From assembly GCF_009914755.1 (NCBI RefSeq), contig NC_060935.1: a DNA stretch of 64,000 bases. One strand, written 5' to 3'. The stretch comes from the human T2T-CHM13v2.0 reference genome, Homo sapiens. The notes under the pieces are model-generated. The model was not told the DNA's origin, did not search any database, and saw nothing but the letters and a program-made list of their open reading frames with translations. The position numbers were made by a program, and so were the translations under genes. Of the stretch, positions 17,659 to 33,528 are shown piece by piece (position 1 is the first letter of the stretch; every line of letters begins with the position of its first letter).

Positions 17659-20026
17659 TTAAGGATTAGGTAGAGGAATTTTTAAAGACAGAGCATCTCA
17701 AACCAAAGAGAATCACCAGACACTTGGAAAGGAAGCCTATTTGAAGGCCTGGGTTCTAGTTCCTCAAAGTCTGGATGTCCGTGGCTGGGCTGGAGGCACA
17801 GTGGCTGTCAGCAGAGAGAGCTACATGGCTGAGGGGTAGAAGGCAATAACTCTCACACGACACTGCATTGAAACAGCAGGCTCCAAGCTGGAGCCCACTG
17901 GCATTAACCCTGAGAGGGTACTTACTGTTAGAAAAGTTATCTCCTTTTGGGGCATCTGAAGACCTAGCTTAGGATCCTGGTCCTCCACTGAAAAGCTGTG
18001 TTGTTGTGGCCAAGTCACAACTAAATTTTGGGTTCTATATCTGTTAAATGCAGGATTGTCTTAGGGGTTAGCACCACGGTGTAGTATGAATCTAATCATA
18101 ACAGTTTCTGAATGGTATCTTTCCTATAAGATTGCTTGGCCTGGGCTTGTAGGGGTACCTCAAAACTGGACAGACGAGAGGAGTCAACCCCTCTTCCCTC
18201 TCTCACTGACCAGTGCAACCTGGAACAAGGGACTATCCGGCCTTCTCCCCTTCCTGGTCATCAGGTGCTGGCCTGTGCTCACAGAACCTGTTTGCCTTCG
18301 AGGTGGAGATGGGTTTTTCTGCCTTATCCCGCCCCTGTCTTTCAGACTAGGGTGTGGCAGAACATGCACTGGACTGAGACTTTTTCTGCTGATTAAAACA
18401 CCCACCCATTGTAAACGGGAAGGCTGAAAAGGCGTCAGAAGTGCGTTAATTCCGTCTCTGAACAGCACATACCTTTCCAAAGCCACCCTTGGCACTCACA
18501 CCCACTACATATGTCTCACTAAGTTCCTCCCTGGCCATTCCAGAAACCTCCTGGAGAGGTCAGAGCTGTTTGTCTTAAAGTCTGTTCATTTTATTCCAAT
18601 AATCTTACCCCCATTTAACTTTCTCTCCACTTCAAATCTTTCCCAAATTTCCCGAAAGATGTATCTGCCAAGGAGAAAAGATAAGTTTTTAGGGGGCTTG
18701 AAGAAAAGTTAACAAAATTCATTTAGTCATTCAGTCCACCTGCTCTGGACTCTCATGAGTGGGGCACAGACAGGGAGGAAAGTGGTCATGTCCCTCCCTG
18801 GGGCTGCTCTCTTGCCCTCATTTGTTCTCAGATTTAATTAGTACCCCCAGCTCCTTATTTAGTCCTTCTCCCACCATGAAGTTGCCTGTGAGTCTTAGGG
18901 CTTTCCTAATCCTCTAGCTGTATCTCACCATCCCCATCAGAAACCTGCACTCGGTCCCTCCCCTTCTCTCTCTCTTCCTCCCACCTCTTTCCCCCTTCAT
19001 TCTTCTCATCCAGGCACCTCCCCCAGGTAAATTAGTAAGAGGGACGAGGAGCCTGAGAGATGAGAGATGAACATTCTCACAGAATGTCCACTAAGTCACC
19101 AAGCTATGAGGATGCTGTTTGGAATGAAACTATTCACGTTTCTCTATTACCGTTAAGGTAGCTACTGTCTCCAGCAGGTTCCATGGCAAGGAAGGTGTGT
19201 TTCCCTTCCACCTCAGCCTCCCTTCCTGAGATTACGAGGATCCTAAACAGTTGACCACTCTTTGGGGGTGTGTTGCCCCTTGAGCCAGGCATGCTGTCCC
19301 TGTGACCTGGGGTCTTAGTAGTGGTCAGGACTGTATCGGCTATAAATGACGAAGTCCTGGTGTCCAGCCAGAGTGAGGCAGCCAGGACAGTGTAGCTCTA
19401 CCTCCATCTCACTACTGAGAGACATGAGCTATCACGCTCTAGGACAGCAGCATTCCTCCCGAGTAACAGTCAGAAAGGGGTGATCCGACATTGGGCTCTC
19501 TGTGTCAGTGAGTGGAGACAGGGGAAAGGATCTAACTGTCCAGCCCTAGCCGCTGGTGGAGTCACTTCACCGGAGTCCCACAGCGCCTCCCAAGAGTCAG
19601 GGCTGCTGCCGCCAGCGCCTCCTTTGCTGCATTCCTTGCTGTGGTCGCTCCTGGTCCCCATCCCGACCCCTCAGATGTCAATTAGGGCACCCTGGAAAGA
19701 GAAGCAGCTGCCTGTGAATCCAGTATGCTGGAGGTCACTCCCAAAGTTTTTCCAGTAACAATTTGTAAGGTCAAAACAATAGGGGGCTACTTGATACCAC
19801 CAAGAGTTTGTCAGGCAAACATTGAGAAAGAGAGAGAGAAGAGAGAGAGAGAGAGAGATCTTCCTATTTAGATACCTAGAAATGCTAGCCATTCTAAAAT
19901 TTTTACTTAAAAGGAGAAAAAATGGACTGGTTATTTGGCAGTCGGGGCCATCCCAGAGAGCGCCTCCTTCCTAGAGACAGTGGGTCCCTTTCCTCCTTCC
20001 TCTTATCAACCAGAGGCTGAAATTAA

Positions 20027-20460
<434 letters not shown>

Positions 20461-20652
20461 TAGAACTTTAAACTTTAGGTACTGAGCAAACACCAAATCT
20501 AGGAAACATAATGCTAGCCTTAGATTACTTATTGATTTATGAACAAACCCCTAGATACAGAGGAAAATAAAAGGTATGTATAAATTATATATAAATAAAT
20601 GTATATAATTTAAATATAAACTACATATAAAATAATGTATGTAAATAAATTA

Positions 20653-21177
<525 letters not shown>

Positions 21178-21519
21178 TTATATACTAAAGAAGTTGTGTA
21201 ACAAAAAGATTAAAAACAGCACTGATTGGTTTTTGCGCCTCTACAACATAGGTTCTAACTTAACATTTGTGAAAATGTACTAATTGTCAAAAATTCATGA
21301 ACTTAATATTGGGGGTCAAAATATAATTATACCTGGGGATCCCACTAATTTACACACTCTGACCCTATAATCTTGAGAGGGTAACGACATATAACAGTTT
21401 TTAAATGCGTATGCCTCAATTTAAGTGTAGCCTTGCCTAAATTTCCCATGCTCATATACCCACTGCTATAAAATGTTTTCTATTGGACATAGATGCTTTG
21501 ACAAAATAAATAATAAATT

Positions 21520-21822
21520 AGATTGGGCATGGTGGCTCATGCCTGTAATCCCAGCACTTAGGGAGACCAAGGCAGGAAGATCTCTTGAGCCCAGGAGTTC
21601 AAGACCAACCGGGGCAAAATGGCAAAACCCCATCTCAACAAAAAATACAAAAATTAACCATGTGTGATGATGTGTGCCTATAGTCCCAGCTACTCGGGAG
21701 GCTAAGATGGGAGGATCACCTGAGCCCAGGAGACTGAGGCTGCAGTGAGCCCTGATAGTGCCCCTGCACTCCAGCCTGGGAGACACAGTAAGACCCTGTT
21801 TCAATATTAATAATAATAATAA
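21520..21822 (+). mobile_element. AluJ
   Basis: Diverged dimer with (TAA)n tail. Confidence 0.88.
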
Positions 21823-22689
21823 ATTAAAGTGTCTCTTTGTCATTGGCTTGATAAAATGGGACCCCATGAGCCCCCATTTTATAGTTAATATGGCCCAATG
21901 TAAGTAGAAGCAGGCCCTTCAAGGATTAAAACTCATTATAAAAAACCTTAGTTTTAAAAAGGGTGATTATCCCCTACTACTTCTCCATTTAGCAGCCCAA
22001 TTTTGCCTATGCTCAAATCTGGAAATATATATATATATATTTATGTATATACATTTTAATATAGATTTATATTTTTGAATATATTTATATATTTTAATAT
22101 ATAAATGTAATATAGATTTTATCTCTATTTTAAATATATAAATGTGTATATATGGTACCCTGTGATGGATCACTACAACTTAACATTGTGATCCCATCCA
22201 TTAGGGCCCCATACCTAATATTAAAATTAAACTGATTTTATTCAATCAACAACAATAAATACTTTACTCTTACAGATGCGGCCAACCTGTTATTTCTGTG
22301 CCTATTTCCACAGCCCTTCAGGCAGTTTGCCTCTGCCTCTGAAGGCACACAATACACTTTTCCAGGCAACTTGCAGGGGGCCTCCACATGAGGGCCGTCA
22401 TCACACACTGTCTTTACAGACAAGATGCACCTTCTCCAGGAGCACAGGTACGATACTGCACCTGGATTCCAGTGATTCTCCTGCCTCAGCCTCCCGAGTA
22501 GCTGGGATTACAGGCACCCACCACCATGCTCAGCTAATTTTTATATTTTTAGTAGAGAATCTCCTCCAAGGATATTCACTGGACCCACACTCTAAGGACA
22601 TTTGAGCTTAAAGAGGAAGCAGGCAGTCACTGGTGGCTAAGGAAGCCTGTAGCTGCCCTCCCCCTCTTCACCTTACCCCTAAGGAGGAG

Positions 22690-22750
22690 GGGTGATGTCA
22701 TGGATTGGTCAGATTCAAGAGAACTGAACCACAGGCCTGCGTGGAACCTC
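22690..22750 (+). promoter_or_regulatory. B3GNT6: Putative B3GNT6 proximal promoter (non-CpG type)
   Basis: CRE-like TGATGTCA at 22693-22700 and inverted CCAAT (ATTGG) at 22704-22708, just upstream of the non-coding exon. Confidence 0.45.
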
Positions 22751-22831
22751 AGTGTGTGAAGTAAAGGGATTAAAGGCTAGTCTCAGGCTGGGGATGGCTC
22801 CTGTCTATTTCTTCTCTCTCAGAGACTGCAG
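22750..22831 (+). other. B3GNT6: B3GNT6 non-coding exon 1 (5' boundary approximate)
   Basis: Strong CAG|gtaagc donor at 22831/22832. Matches my recollection of the mRNA leader joining directly to the ATG. Confidence 0.75.
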
Positions 22832-23249
22832 GTAAGCTGGGGGCCTGGGCTTCTTCCTATTGGGAAGGAGGTACATTTTTCCTTCTTCGCATTCCCCTCT
22901 AATCAGAGTGCCAAGCAAGAAACAGGGGGAGGCCAAGGGGAGAGGAATGAGGACAGAATTGCCCCTATTGCACAGGTCCAGTGCAGACCCCAGGGCTCAG
23001 GGATTCATGCTGGGGGTTGGGGCCAAGGCCCTAATAGCTAATAAAAGGTTTCTTTGCCTTTTCTGCTATATGAATATTCTGCTATACGAATATTCCTCCA
23101 GGAATACCCTGGGATAGTATGGAATGGGTGGGTGGCCCAGGAATCTGTGTTCCAGCTAGCTATCTCAGCATCAAACCAGAGGAGGGAATGACCAAAGTAG
23201 TTCCTGGGAAAAGAAGAGGGACAATTCCTGGCCAGGCGAGATGGCTCAT

Positions 23250-23478
23250 GCCTGTAATCCCAGCACTTTGGGAGGCCATGGCGGGTGGCTCACCTGAGGT
23301 CAGGAGTTCGAGACCAGCCTCGCAAACATGGTAAAACCTCATCTCTACTAAAAATATAAAAATTACCTGGGCATGGGGGTGGACGCCTGTAATCCCAGCT
23401 ACTAGAGAGGCTGAGGCAGGAGAATCACTTGAACCCGGGAGCCTGAGGTTGCACTGAGTCGAGAAAAAGAAAAAGAAA
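23250..23478 (+). mobile_element. AluS with 3' deletion, B3GNT6 intron
   Basis: Left arm plus partial right arm. Confidence 0.85.
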
Positions 23479-25981
23479 GGGGAATTCTAGGCAGAGTGAA
23501 TAGCATTGCAAAGGCAAGCAATAAATGGATGTGTTAATATGTGTGGGGCAATAAACAGAGTGAGAAATGCCTGCAGTTAGAGGATCACAGAGGAACTTTA
23601 TAAAGCTTATAAAGAGGAACTTTATACCATACTGTGTGAGAAGGCTAGACTTCATCCATAAAAAGATGGTCTCCTGTGTTAGCCAACTGCTAATGTTATT
23701 CTGGTGCCTACTACATGCCAGGCATGGCTCTGAATGCCTTACATGAATTAACTCATATAATTCTGAGACACTGAGATAAAGGAGTTGCCCAAAGTCTCAC
23801 AAACAAGGAACCTGAGGTTCAAAGGGATGGAGTAAGTGGCAGATTTGTCCTCTTTACCAAACTTGCTACTCAACAGCCATGACATCAACAAGGAGACAGG
23901 TTATGTTGACCTGGACTTACCGTGAGGTGAGCTGGAGGAGGTGGTATTTGAGCTGTGTCCTGAGAGACAAGGGATCAGGGCCAGCAGAGGCTGGCAAAGT
24001 TTAAGGTGCATGGGCTCCAGGATGCCTGATGAAAAAGAACCATAGAGAGAAATGCCCAATACTTCACAGCAAGTCAAAGCCCTCAGGCTGCACAGTGTGG
24101 CATCCAAGAACAGAGGTGAGCGAGCCAGCACCGCCCTTGGGAACAGGGCCTTGCCCAACACCTTTTCCTTTACATCAGAAGTTGGCTGTGATCCAAGATC
24201 TTCTATCCGTTTTATCAGAGTAAACGCAAACTTCTTTGAAACAAGATTTATTGTTACATTAAGAAGATTATTTTTCTTTCCAGAAATGATGGGGGATGCT
24301 TAACTTTTTTAACTAGTATTTGTGTAGCACGTTAACATAAACAGGATTCTCTCCTTATTTCATTGAAAAATGAATGTTAACTTTCTCAATTTTTCAAATG
24401 AGGATATTGAAACCTAGGAGATTAACTCAGGAAAGAAGCTGGGGCTCAAACTCAGTTATTCAGACTCCAAATTCTGTTTTCATTCATTTTTTTATTCTTT
24501 CATTCATTGAAAAAAAAATATTGCATTCCCCAAATGTGCCAGGCACAGGACTGCGCACTGAGTAGACAGTTGACGGTAAAAGAGACATAGCTTATCTCGC
24601 AAGCCCTCTTCTCACAGTGCCTCTAACACAGAAGCAGGAATAAGTGAAGAGCAATATACTATATAATACTCTAGTATTTCTTATCAGCACTCAGTGATTA
24701 CATCCACACTTTTGCAGGGTTCTCACACTTGCATTTGTAGTTCACTGCTCCCATTCTTTCACTGAATGCCTGCTTTGTGCTAGACATTGTGTATGGACTG
24801 TAATACACAAGCAATAGGGTTCGGTGCGATAACACCTATGTGCAAAATACCTGGAAGTATTTATTGAGCACACACTCTTCGAAAAGCAGTCTTTCAGCAA
24901 ATATTTATCGGCACCTTGATAATCCTAACAGCTTATATTTACTGAATACTATGTGCCAAGGACCATAGTAAATTCTTTACACACATTATCATTTGGTCTT
25001 CACAGTAACTCTTCAGAGGCAGGTATTTGAGAGCTTAAGTCAACGTGCTCAAAATCACAACACTAGAAAGCAGTGGCAGTGGAATTTGAATCCAGGCAGC
25101 CAGCATTTCCTACTACTCGGCTGTCCTAACCTCCCACGCTATGCAGGGTGCTGGTAATACAACGGTGAAGACTGGTGTGATCCCTATCCTTAAAATGCTT
25201 ACAGCCTAGGAGGGAAGATAATCTTTAAACAAATCACATGCTGAGAATGTCTAACAGGGTACCTGGTCTCCTTTGGGCTTCATTCAAGCTTCCCCAAGAA
25301 TATGCCTTGTCAAGTGGACCCAGAGACTGAGTTCTTAAGTAGACAGAGCAGGGAGAGAGACATCAATCCAGGCAGGGGGACAGCACAAGGAAAAGCTCTG
25401 AGGTAGCAAGAGGTCTGGCAGTCTGAGGCTGTCACTGGGCTGAGGGCAAGGCCAGGTGGATCACAGGGAAGCTAAGGAAAAGAGCATGAGGAGCGGCATA
25501 AATCTACATAATTCAAAGGTTTTTCCAGCTGCGGGAGGGGAGAAGTCGGCCGAGAGCAAGATGGTGTGTAGAGACGCCAAGCAGGACGCTACTTCATGTG
25601 AGGCGGGAATGTTAGTTTGGATCAACCTGTTGATAGAGGGAATGGAAGCAGGTAGGTTGATGAAAAATGCAGAAGAGAGAATCAACGGGGCTTGGGTGGG
25701 GAAACGAGGGGAAGGAGGGAGTCAAGCAAGGTTTTGGGCTTGAACAACCCAGGGGATGGCAGCACTCCGGGACAGCTCGGGGGAGGAAGATGAGAGTTCA
25801 AGTAGCATCCAAGGTGGCTGTGGACAGCCATATGGAGCTGTTAAGTCAGGCGGCTGGATGGACATGTGGCTCTGGAGCTCGGAGGTCCTAACAGTGAAGG
25901 AGACCATCTTGGACAAAGGTGAAATGAGTGTCTAAGTCAGAGCCCTAGAGGCCTTCCACTATTAAAGGTTATTATTAGAGA

Positions 25982-26950
<969 letters not shown>

Positions 26951-27913
26951 GCCAACGGTCTGAGATGCAGAACCTGATGTGACTGAATTTTTAGCAGGGC
27001 ACAGTTAAATACGGGAAAGGTTGTTCTGACCTGGGATTCGTCCTGGGGGTCTTCATAAAAGCCAGGCCTGAGGTGCACCTGGGCAGGCTACATGCAGGAG
27101 AGGGCCTGAAGGTGAATGTTTGGGAACAGCAAATAATACCAGCAGGTAGAATGAGGAGGCAGAGCTAGAGGATGCCGTGGAGATCATCTCACCCATAAGG
27201 TCATATCACCCGTGTCACCCAGTCACTGGCCACTTCATACTCATTTCATGCTCACAACAGCCCTGCAGTAGGAATTCACTAACCCTTCGTCACAGATGAG
27301 AACACTCAGACCCAGCCATCGGAACTGACTGTTCAGACGGTGCAGATGGGGAAGTGGGGATGGCAGAATTCGGCTCTGGGTCTGAGTTCAGTGCTATCAC
27401 CTCATGCTTCCTCGACTCGGGAGGCAACGAGGGGAAGTGATTAGAGATGATCCGAGCTGGACAGAGGCGGAGAGGAGGGAATAAATGAGAGGGATGTAGG
27501 GCGCAGAATCAACAGGATGCGGAGAGCAGGTAGCAGCTGAGAAGGACAAGGAAGAAGGCTGGGGCTTCTGGCTGGAGTAGTCAGGTGAACGGAGGTGGGA
27601 ACAGCAGGGTATGGGTTCAGGGGAAGATGGAGACTCAGACGATGAGTCCACTGGGCCTATGTGACGGGTTGTGGGGCGGTGTTGTCAGGAGGCAAAGAGA
27701 GACTCAAATCTGAAGGTCAGAGGCACGGTCCGGAGTGTGGGAGACCAGAGACCGTCAGTGTAATCTTGGATTTTGATTCCTTTTTACCACTTAACAGCAG
27801 AGTTGAGAAGGGGCTGGAGCTGGGTTCTGGGAGAGAAGTGACGGGGTACGGGTGGTGTCCTGCCGGTGTCAAAGACGACTTCCGGCTCACCTCTGACTCG
27901 GTTTCCCCCACAG

Positions 27914-29068
27914 ATGGCTTTTCCCTGCCGCAGGTCCCTGACTGCCAAGACTCTGGCCTGCCTCCTGGTGGGCGTGAGTTTCTTAGCACTGCAGCAGTGG
28001 TTCCTCCAGGCGCCAAGGTCCCCGCGGGAGGAGAGGTCCCCGCAGGAGGAGACGCCAGAGGGTCCCACCGACGCTCCCGCGGCTGACGAGCCGCCCTCGG
28101 AGCTCGTCCCCGGGCCCCCGTGCGTGGCGAACGCCTCGGCGAACGCCACGGCCGACTTCGAGCAGCTGCCCGCGCGCATCCAGGACTTCCTGCGGTACCG
28201 CCACTGCCGCCACTTCCCGCTGCTTTGGGACGCACCGGCCAAGTGCGCCGGCGGCCGAGGCGTGTTCCTGCTCCTGGCGGTGAAGTCGGCGCCTGAGCAC
28301 TACGAGCGACGCGAGCTCATCCGGCGCACGTGGGGGCAAGAGCGCAGCTACGGCGGGCGGCCAGTGCGCCGCCTCTTTCTATTGGGCACCCCGGGCCCCG
28401 AGGACGAGGCGCGCGCGGAGCGGCTGGCGGAGCTGGTGGCGCTGGAGGCGCGCGAGCACGGCGACGTGCTGCAGTGGGCCTTCGCGGACACCTTCCTCAA
28501 CCTCACGCTCAAGCACCTGCACTTGCTCGACTGGCTGGCTGCACGCTGCCCGCACGCGCGCTTTCTGCTCAGCGGCGACGACGACGTGTTCGTGCACACC
28601 GCCAACGTAGTCCGCTTCCTGCAGGCGCAGCCACCCGGCCGCCACCTGTTCTCCGGCCAGCTCATGGAGGGCTCCGTGCCCATCCGCGACAGCTGGAGCA
28701 AGTACTTCGTGCCGCCGCAGCTCTTCCCCGGGTCCGCTTACCCGGTGTACTGCAGCGGCGGCGGCTTCCTCCTGTCCGGCCCCACGGCCCGGGCCCTGCG
28801 CGCGGCCGCCCGCCACACCCCGCTCTTCCCCATCGACGACGCCTACATGGGCATGTGTCTGGAGCGCGCCGGCCTGGCGCCCAGCGGCCACGAGGGCATC
28901 CGACCCTTCGGCGTGCAGCTGCCTGGCGCACAGCAGTCCTCCTTCGACCCCTGCATGTACCGCGAGTTGCTGCTAGTGCACCGCTTCGCGCCCTACGAGA
29001 TGCTGCTCATGTGGAAGGCGCTGCACAGCCCCGCGCTCAGCTGTGACCGGGGACACCGGGTCTCCTGA
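27914..29068 (+). CDS. B3GNT6: UDP-GlcNAc:GalNAc-peptide beta-1,3-N-acetylglucosaminyltransferase 6 (core 3 synthase), 384 aa, GT31 family, single coding exon
   Basis: ATG lies directly after the tttcccccacag acceptor. Type II TM segment (LACLLVGVSFLALQQWFL) plus motifs RRELIRRTWG, DTFLNLTLK, GDDDVFV (DxD), YPVYCSGGGFLLS and IDDAYMG. TGA at 29066-29068. Confidence 0.97.
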   Translation: MAFPCRRSLTAKTLACLLVGVSFLALQQWFLQAPRSPREERSPQEETPEGPTDAPAADEPPSELVPGPPCVANASANATADFEQLPARIQDFLRYRHCRHFPLLWDAPAKCAGGRGVFLLLAVKSAPEHYERRELIRRTWGQERSYGGRPVRRLFLLGTPGPEDEARAERLAELVALEAREHGDVLQWAFADTFLNLTLKHLHLLDWLAARCPHARFLLSGDDDVFVHTANVVRFLQAQPPGRHLFSGQLMEGSVPIRDSWSKYFVPPQLFPGSAYPVYCSGGGFLLSGPTARALRAAARHTPLFPIDDAYMGMCLERAGLAPSGHEGIRPFGVQLPGAQQSSFDPCMYRELLLVHRFAPYEMLLMWKALHSPALSCDRGHRVS

Positions 29069-29100
29069 GGCCAGTTGGGCGGCTTCAGCCCCGGGCCTCC
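27990..29100. promoter_or_regulatory. Intragenic CpG island over the B3GNT6 coding exon
   Basis: Very high GC and CpG density compared with CpG-depleted flanks. Confidence 0.85.
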
Positions 29101-30038
29101 AACCATGTCCATGCTGAGAAGGCAGCTTTCCCGCTCTGGGTACCTTACGTCCTGCCCAGCTCTGTGCACCTGAACCCCAGCTGCGCACTGAAATCAGCTG
29201 GGGTGGGGGGTGTGGAAAATGCCTACATCCTGGCTCCATCTCCCGAAGTTTCGATTTGATTAGTCTGGGGTGGACCCAGACATGTTAAGTATTTTTTAAG
29301 TTCCTCCAGTGATGCGAATGTGCAGCTAGGCCTGAGGACCACTCGGCTAGACTATCTCTTCATCCTCGCAAAGCCAGCTCCACCGCCCTCTCTGCAAGAA
29401 TTCCGGGCCCCTCGCTCCCACACTCGGGTCCTCTTGAGCAGTGGAGCAAGGGAGACCTGGGAGCGTGGGAGCCAGGATCAGCGCCCCCTGCCATGTGCCT
29501 ACAAATGTCAGTTGTGATTTCCACTGTTTACAAGTGAGTGGAGCTGGAGCTGGGCTGACAGTGTCAGGTGGATCCCGCTTCCCCCTCCCCCAAGAAGTCA
29601 GCCAACACGCAGCTGAGGCGCATGTGGTGGCCTTCTTCCCACCACTACCCCAGTACACCGTGAGGTAGAAATCTTCACCGTGCAAAGTGGAAACCAGAGG
29701 CCCGGTCAGACAGTGACTAATCCAGGGCCGTGGCATTCCCAGACAGCACACCACTGTGGTCCCCTCCACACTCACCCCAACCAAAGTTAATGGCCTAGTT
29801 GGGTCCTGCCCGCCAATAATCACCCCCACGGGTCAGAGACAGGCTCCTTGCCGGGGTCTGGGCCTCAGGCTCAGTGGGCCTTGGACAACCCAGCAGGGAG
29901 TTCCGGGGAGTCCGAAGTGGAGAAAGGCTGGTGGGAACATGGAGGCCAGTGTTGGGGAGCCTGTGGAGGCAGGTGTGTAGAATTGTGTTCGGGAGGTGGG
30001 GGATCTGAGACCGAAGTGGACAGTGGTTAAGATTGTGG

Positions 30039-30452
<414 letters not shown>

Positions 30453-31065
30453 CTAAAGGCAGGCAGAAGTGTGTGTCAGCAAGGTCCCAACTATGTAAGA
30501 TGGACACGAGGGACTCACCTTCAGGGAGGAAAGAGCCGGGGCAGAACGTCAGGAGACTGGCCAAAGGTCCTTCCCTGCCTTCAGGACGAAGACTAGACTC
30601 CTCAGTCCTGCATTTCAGGCTCCTGCCACCCGCCTGCTGCTCACTGATCCCTCCCTCCCACTGTCGGCCTCCATCCAGGTGGCAGTGCCTGCGCTTTGTC
30701 AGGCTCTCTCTTGTCTCTGCATTTTGCACAAGCTCTGACCTAGTTACCGAAATGTCCTCCAACCACCTCCATCCTGCATGTCTCTTGCACCAGTTAGGAC
30801 GCCTGTCGGGGAAGCTGCCAGCTGCCCACCTGAGTCGGCTGTTCCCTTCCTCCTGGGCACTCACCTAGACTCCATTTCCCAGCACTCCGTCCCCTGAAGT
30901 TAGATGTGGCCCTGTGACTAGGCCCTCATGGATGGACGGGAGTGGATGAGGATCACTGTGGCACCTGGGCCTGCTTATGCTCTCTTCCTCCTTCCCATTC
31001 GCTGGAACATGGATGGGCCTGGGACCCAGCTCTGACTTTGCAAGTGAGGACAATGCTCCAGGCCC

Positions 31066-31273
31066 AAGTGGAAGTTTCTCAACTACTGACATTTGGGGCA
31101 GGACGGTTCTTTGTTGTGGGGGGCAGTCCCGTGCATTGTAAAACATTCAGCAGCATCCATGTCCTCCACTCACTAGATACCAGTATCACAGCCCAAGTCA
31201 TGACACCCAAAGTATCTCCAGACGTTGCCAAACATACCCTGGTGGGAAAATTCACCCTAGCAGAGAACCGCTG
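31066..31273 (+). mobile_element. MER20-like hAT element
   Basis: Characteristic GTTTCTCAAC...CTCCAGACGTTGCCAAA...GAGAACCGCTG. Confidence 0.75.
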
Positions 31274-31490
31274 GCCTAGAGGAAGGCAGAGAAACGAGGA
31301 TTCCTGAGTTCCTGCACGGAGCAGAGCAGCCCGGGGACCAACCTGGAATACTCAGTTCAGACTACTGAGGAAGACAAAATAAACTTTTATGCTTTTAAAA
31401 AAAATTATGGACAGAACAATATAGACAAAAACTTTTATGATTTTTCAGCTTCTGGGGTTTGTCTACTGTTACAGCAGCCTTGCCCTGCTA

Positions 31491-32130
<640 letters not shown>

Positions 32131-32317
32131 TCACCTGCTGTGTCCCCTTTCATCCCTTGTTTTTCACCAAGTAGACTGGCTGCTCCCAGAGGGAGAGGCC
32201 ATGTCTGATTTACATCAGGGCTGTCACAGATTTACACAGAGGGAATCCGTGGCAAGTCCCATCACTCCCACTCCTGGAACTTGAGTAGGTCATCTCACCT
32301 CTCTGAGCCGCTCTTTC

Positions 32318-32710
32318 TGATAAGATTTGGCTCTGTTTCCCCACCCAAATCTCATCTTGAATTGTAATTCCCACATGTCAGGGGAGGGACACGTAGGACT
32401 GGACAGGCGGGAGGTGATTGGATCACGGGGTCGGATTCCCTCACGTTCTTGTCGTGATAGTGAGTTCTCGCGAGAGGTGATGGTTTTAAAGCGCGGCACT
32501 TCCTCATTCTCGCACACACGCCCTCCTGCTGCCCATGAAGAAGGTGTCTGCTTTCCCTTCGCCTTCCGCCATGATTGTAAGTTTCCTGAGGCCTCCTAGC
32601 CATGCTTCCTGTTAAATCTGCAGAACTGTGAGTCAATTAAACCTCTTTCTTTTATAATTACACAGTCTCAGGTAGTATTCTTTATAGGAGTGTGAAAATG
32701 GACTAATACA
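32318..32710 (+). mobile_element. MSTA/THE1-type solo LTR
   Basis: TG...CA termini and perfect 5-bp TSD CTTTC. Confidence 0.9.
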
Positions 32711-33008
32711 CTTTCCACAGTGAAGTTCCATGCCAGGGCCATGTAAATCCTCTGTAAACCACATAGGAGGGTACTGTCATTCTGCAGGCTTACTGGCAGC
32801 TCTGAGAGGTTGAAGGAAGCAGGAGGAGGTGGCACTTCTGTGACCTTTCTGCAGCCCTTGCCGTGGGCCTTCAGTAGCCACAGCCACTTGTCACTTGCTG
32901 ATCTATTTTCTGAGCAGGCCATAACAAATACTCCTACATGCTTTTGGGGTGAATGGATGAGTGGATGAGTGCCATCTGTCCCAGTGATGTGGACTGTATC
33001 TGTTAGGA

Positions 33009-33517
33009 CAGCAGTCCCCAACCTTTTTGGCACCAAGGACTGGTTTTGTGGAAGACAATATTTCCACAGACCAACGTGGGGGATGGTTTGGGGAAGATTC
33101 AAGTGCATTACATTTATTGTGCACTTTATTTCTATTATTATTACATGGTAATATATAATGAAATAATTATACAACTCACCATAATGTAAAATCAGTGGAA
33201 ACCCTGAGCTTGTTTTCCTGCAACTAGACAGTCCCATCGGGGGTGATAGGAGACAGTGATAGATTATCAGGCAGTAGATTCTCATAAGGAGCAGGCGACC
33301 TAGATCCCTCACATGCGCAGTTCACAATAGGGTTCATGCTACTATGAGAATCTAATGCTGTCGTTGATCTGACAGGAGGCGGAGCTGAGGTGGTAATGCA
33401 CGCGATAGGGAGCAACTATAAATACAAATGAAGCTTTGCTCACCTGCCGCTGTGCAGCCCGGTTCCTAACAGGCCACAACCAATACCGGTCATTGGCCCA
33501 GGGATTGGGGACCCCTG
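33009..33517 (+). mobile_element. MER1A-like hAT element
   Basis: TIRs CAGCAGTCCCCAA / TTGGGGACCCCTG and perfect 8-bp TSD TGTTAGGA. Confidence 0.9.
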
Positions 33518-33528
33518 TGTTAGGATAC

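Noticed and set aside
18067-18087. REST/RE1-like TTAGCACCACGG
   Set aside because: Only the left half resembles the motif, and the GACAG right half is absent.
27866-27913. 16-aa N-terminal extension of B3GNT6 in the 400-aa ORF call
   Set aside because: It starts at GTG and lies in the intron, spanning the pyrimidine tract and AG acceptor. The true start is the ATG at 27914.
28330-29046. 238-aa alternative-frame ORF and several antisense ORFs over B3GNT6
   Set aside because: GTG start and Ala/Arg/Pro-rich composition, as expected from stop-codon scarcity in a CpG island.
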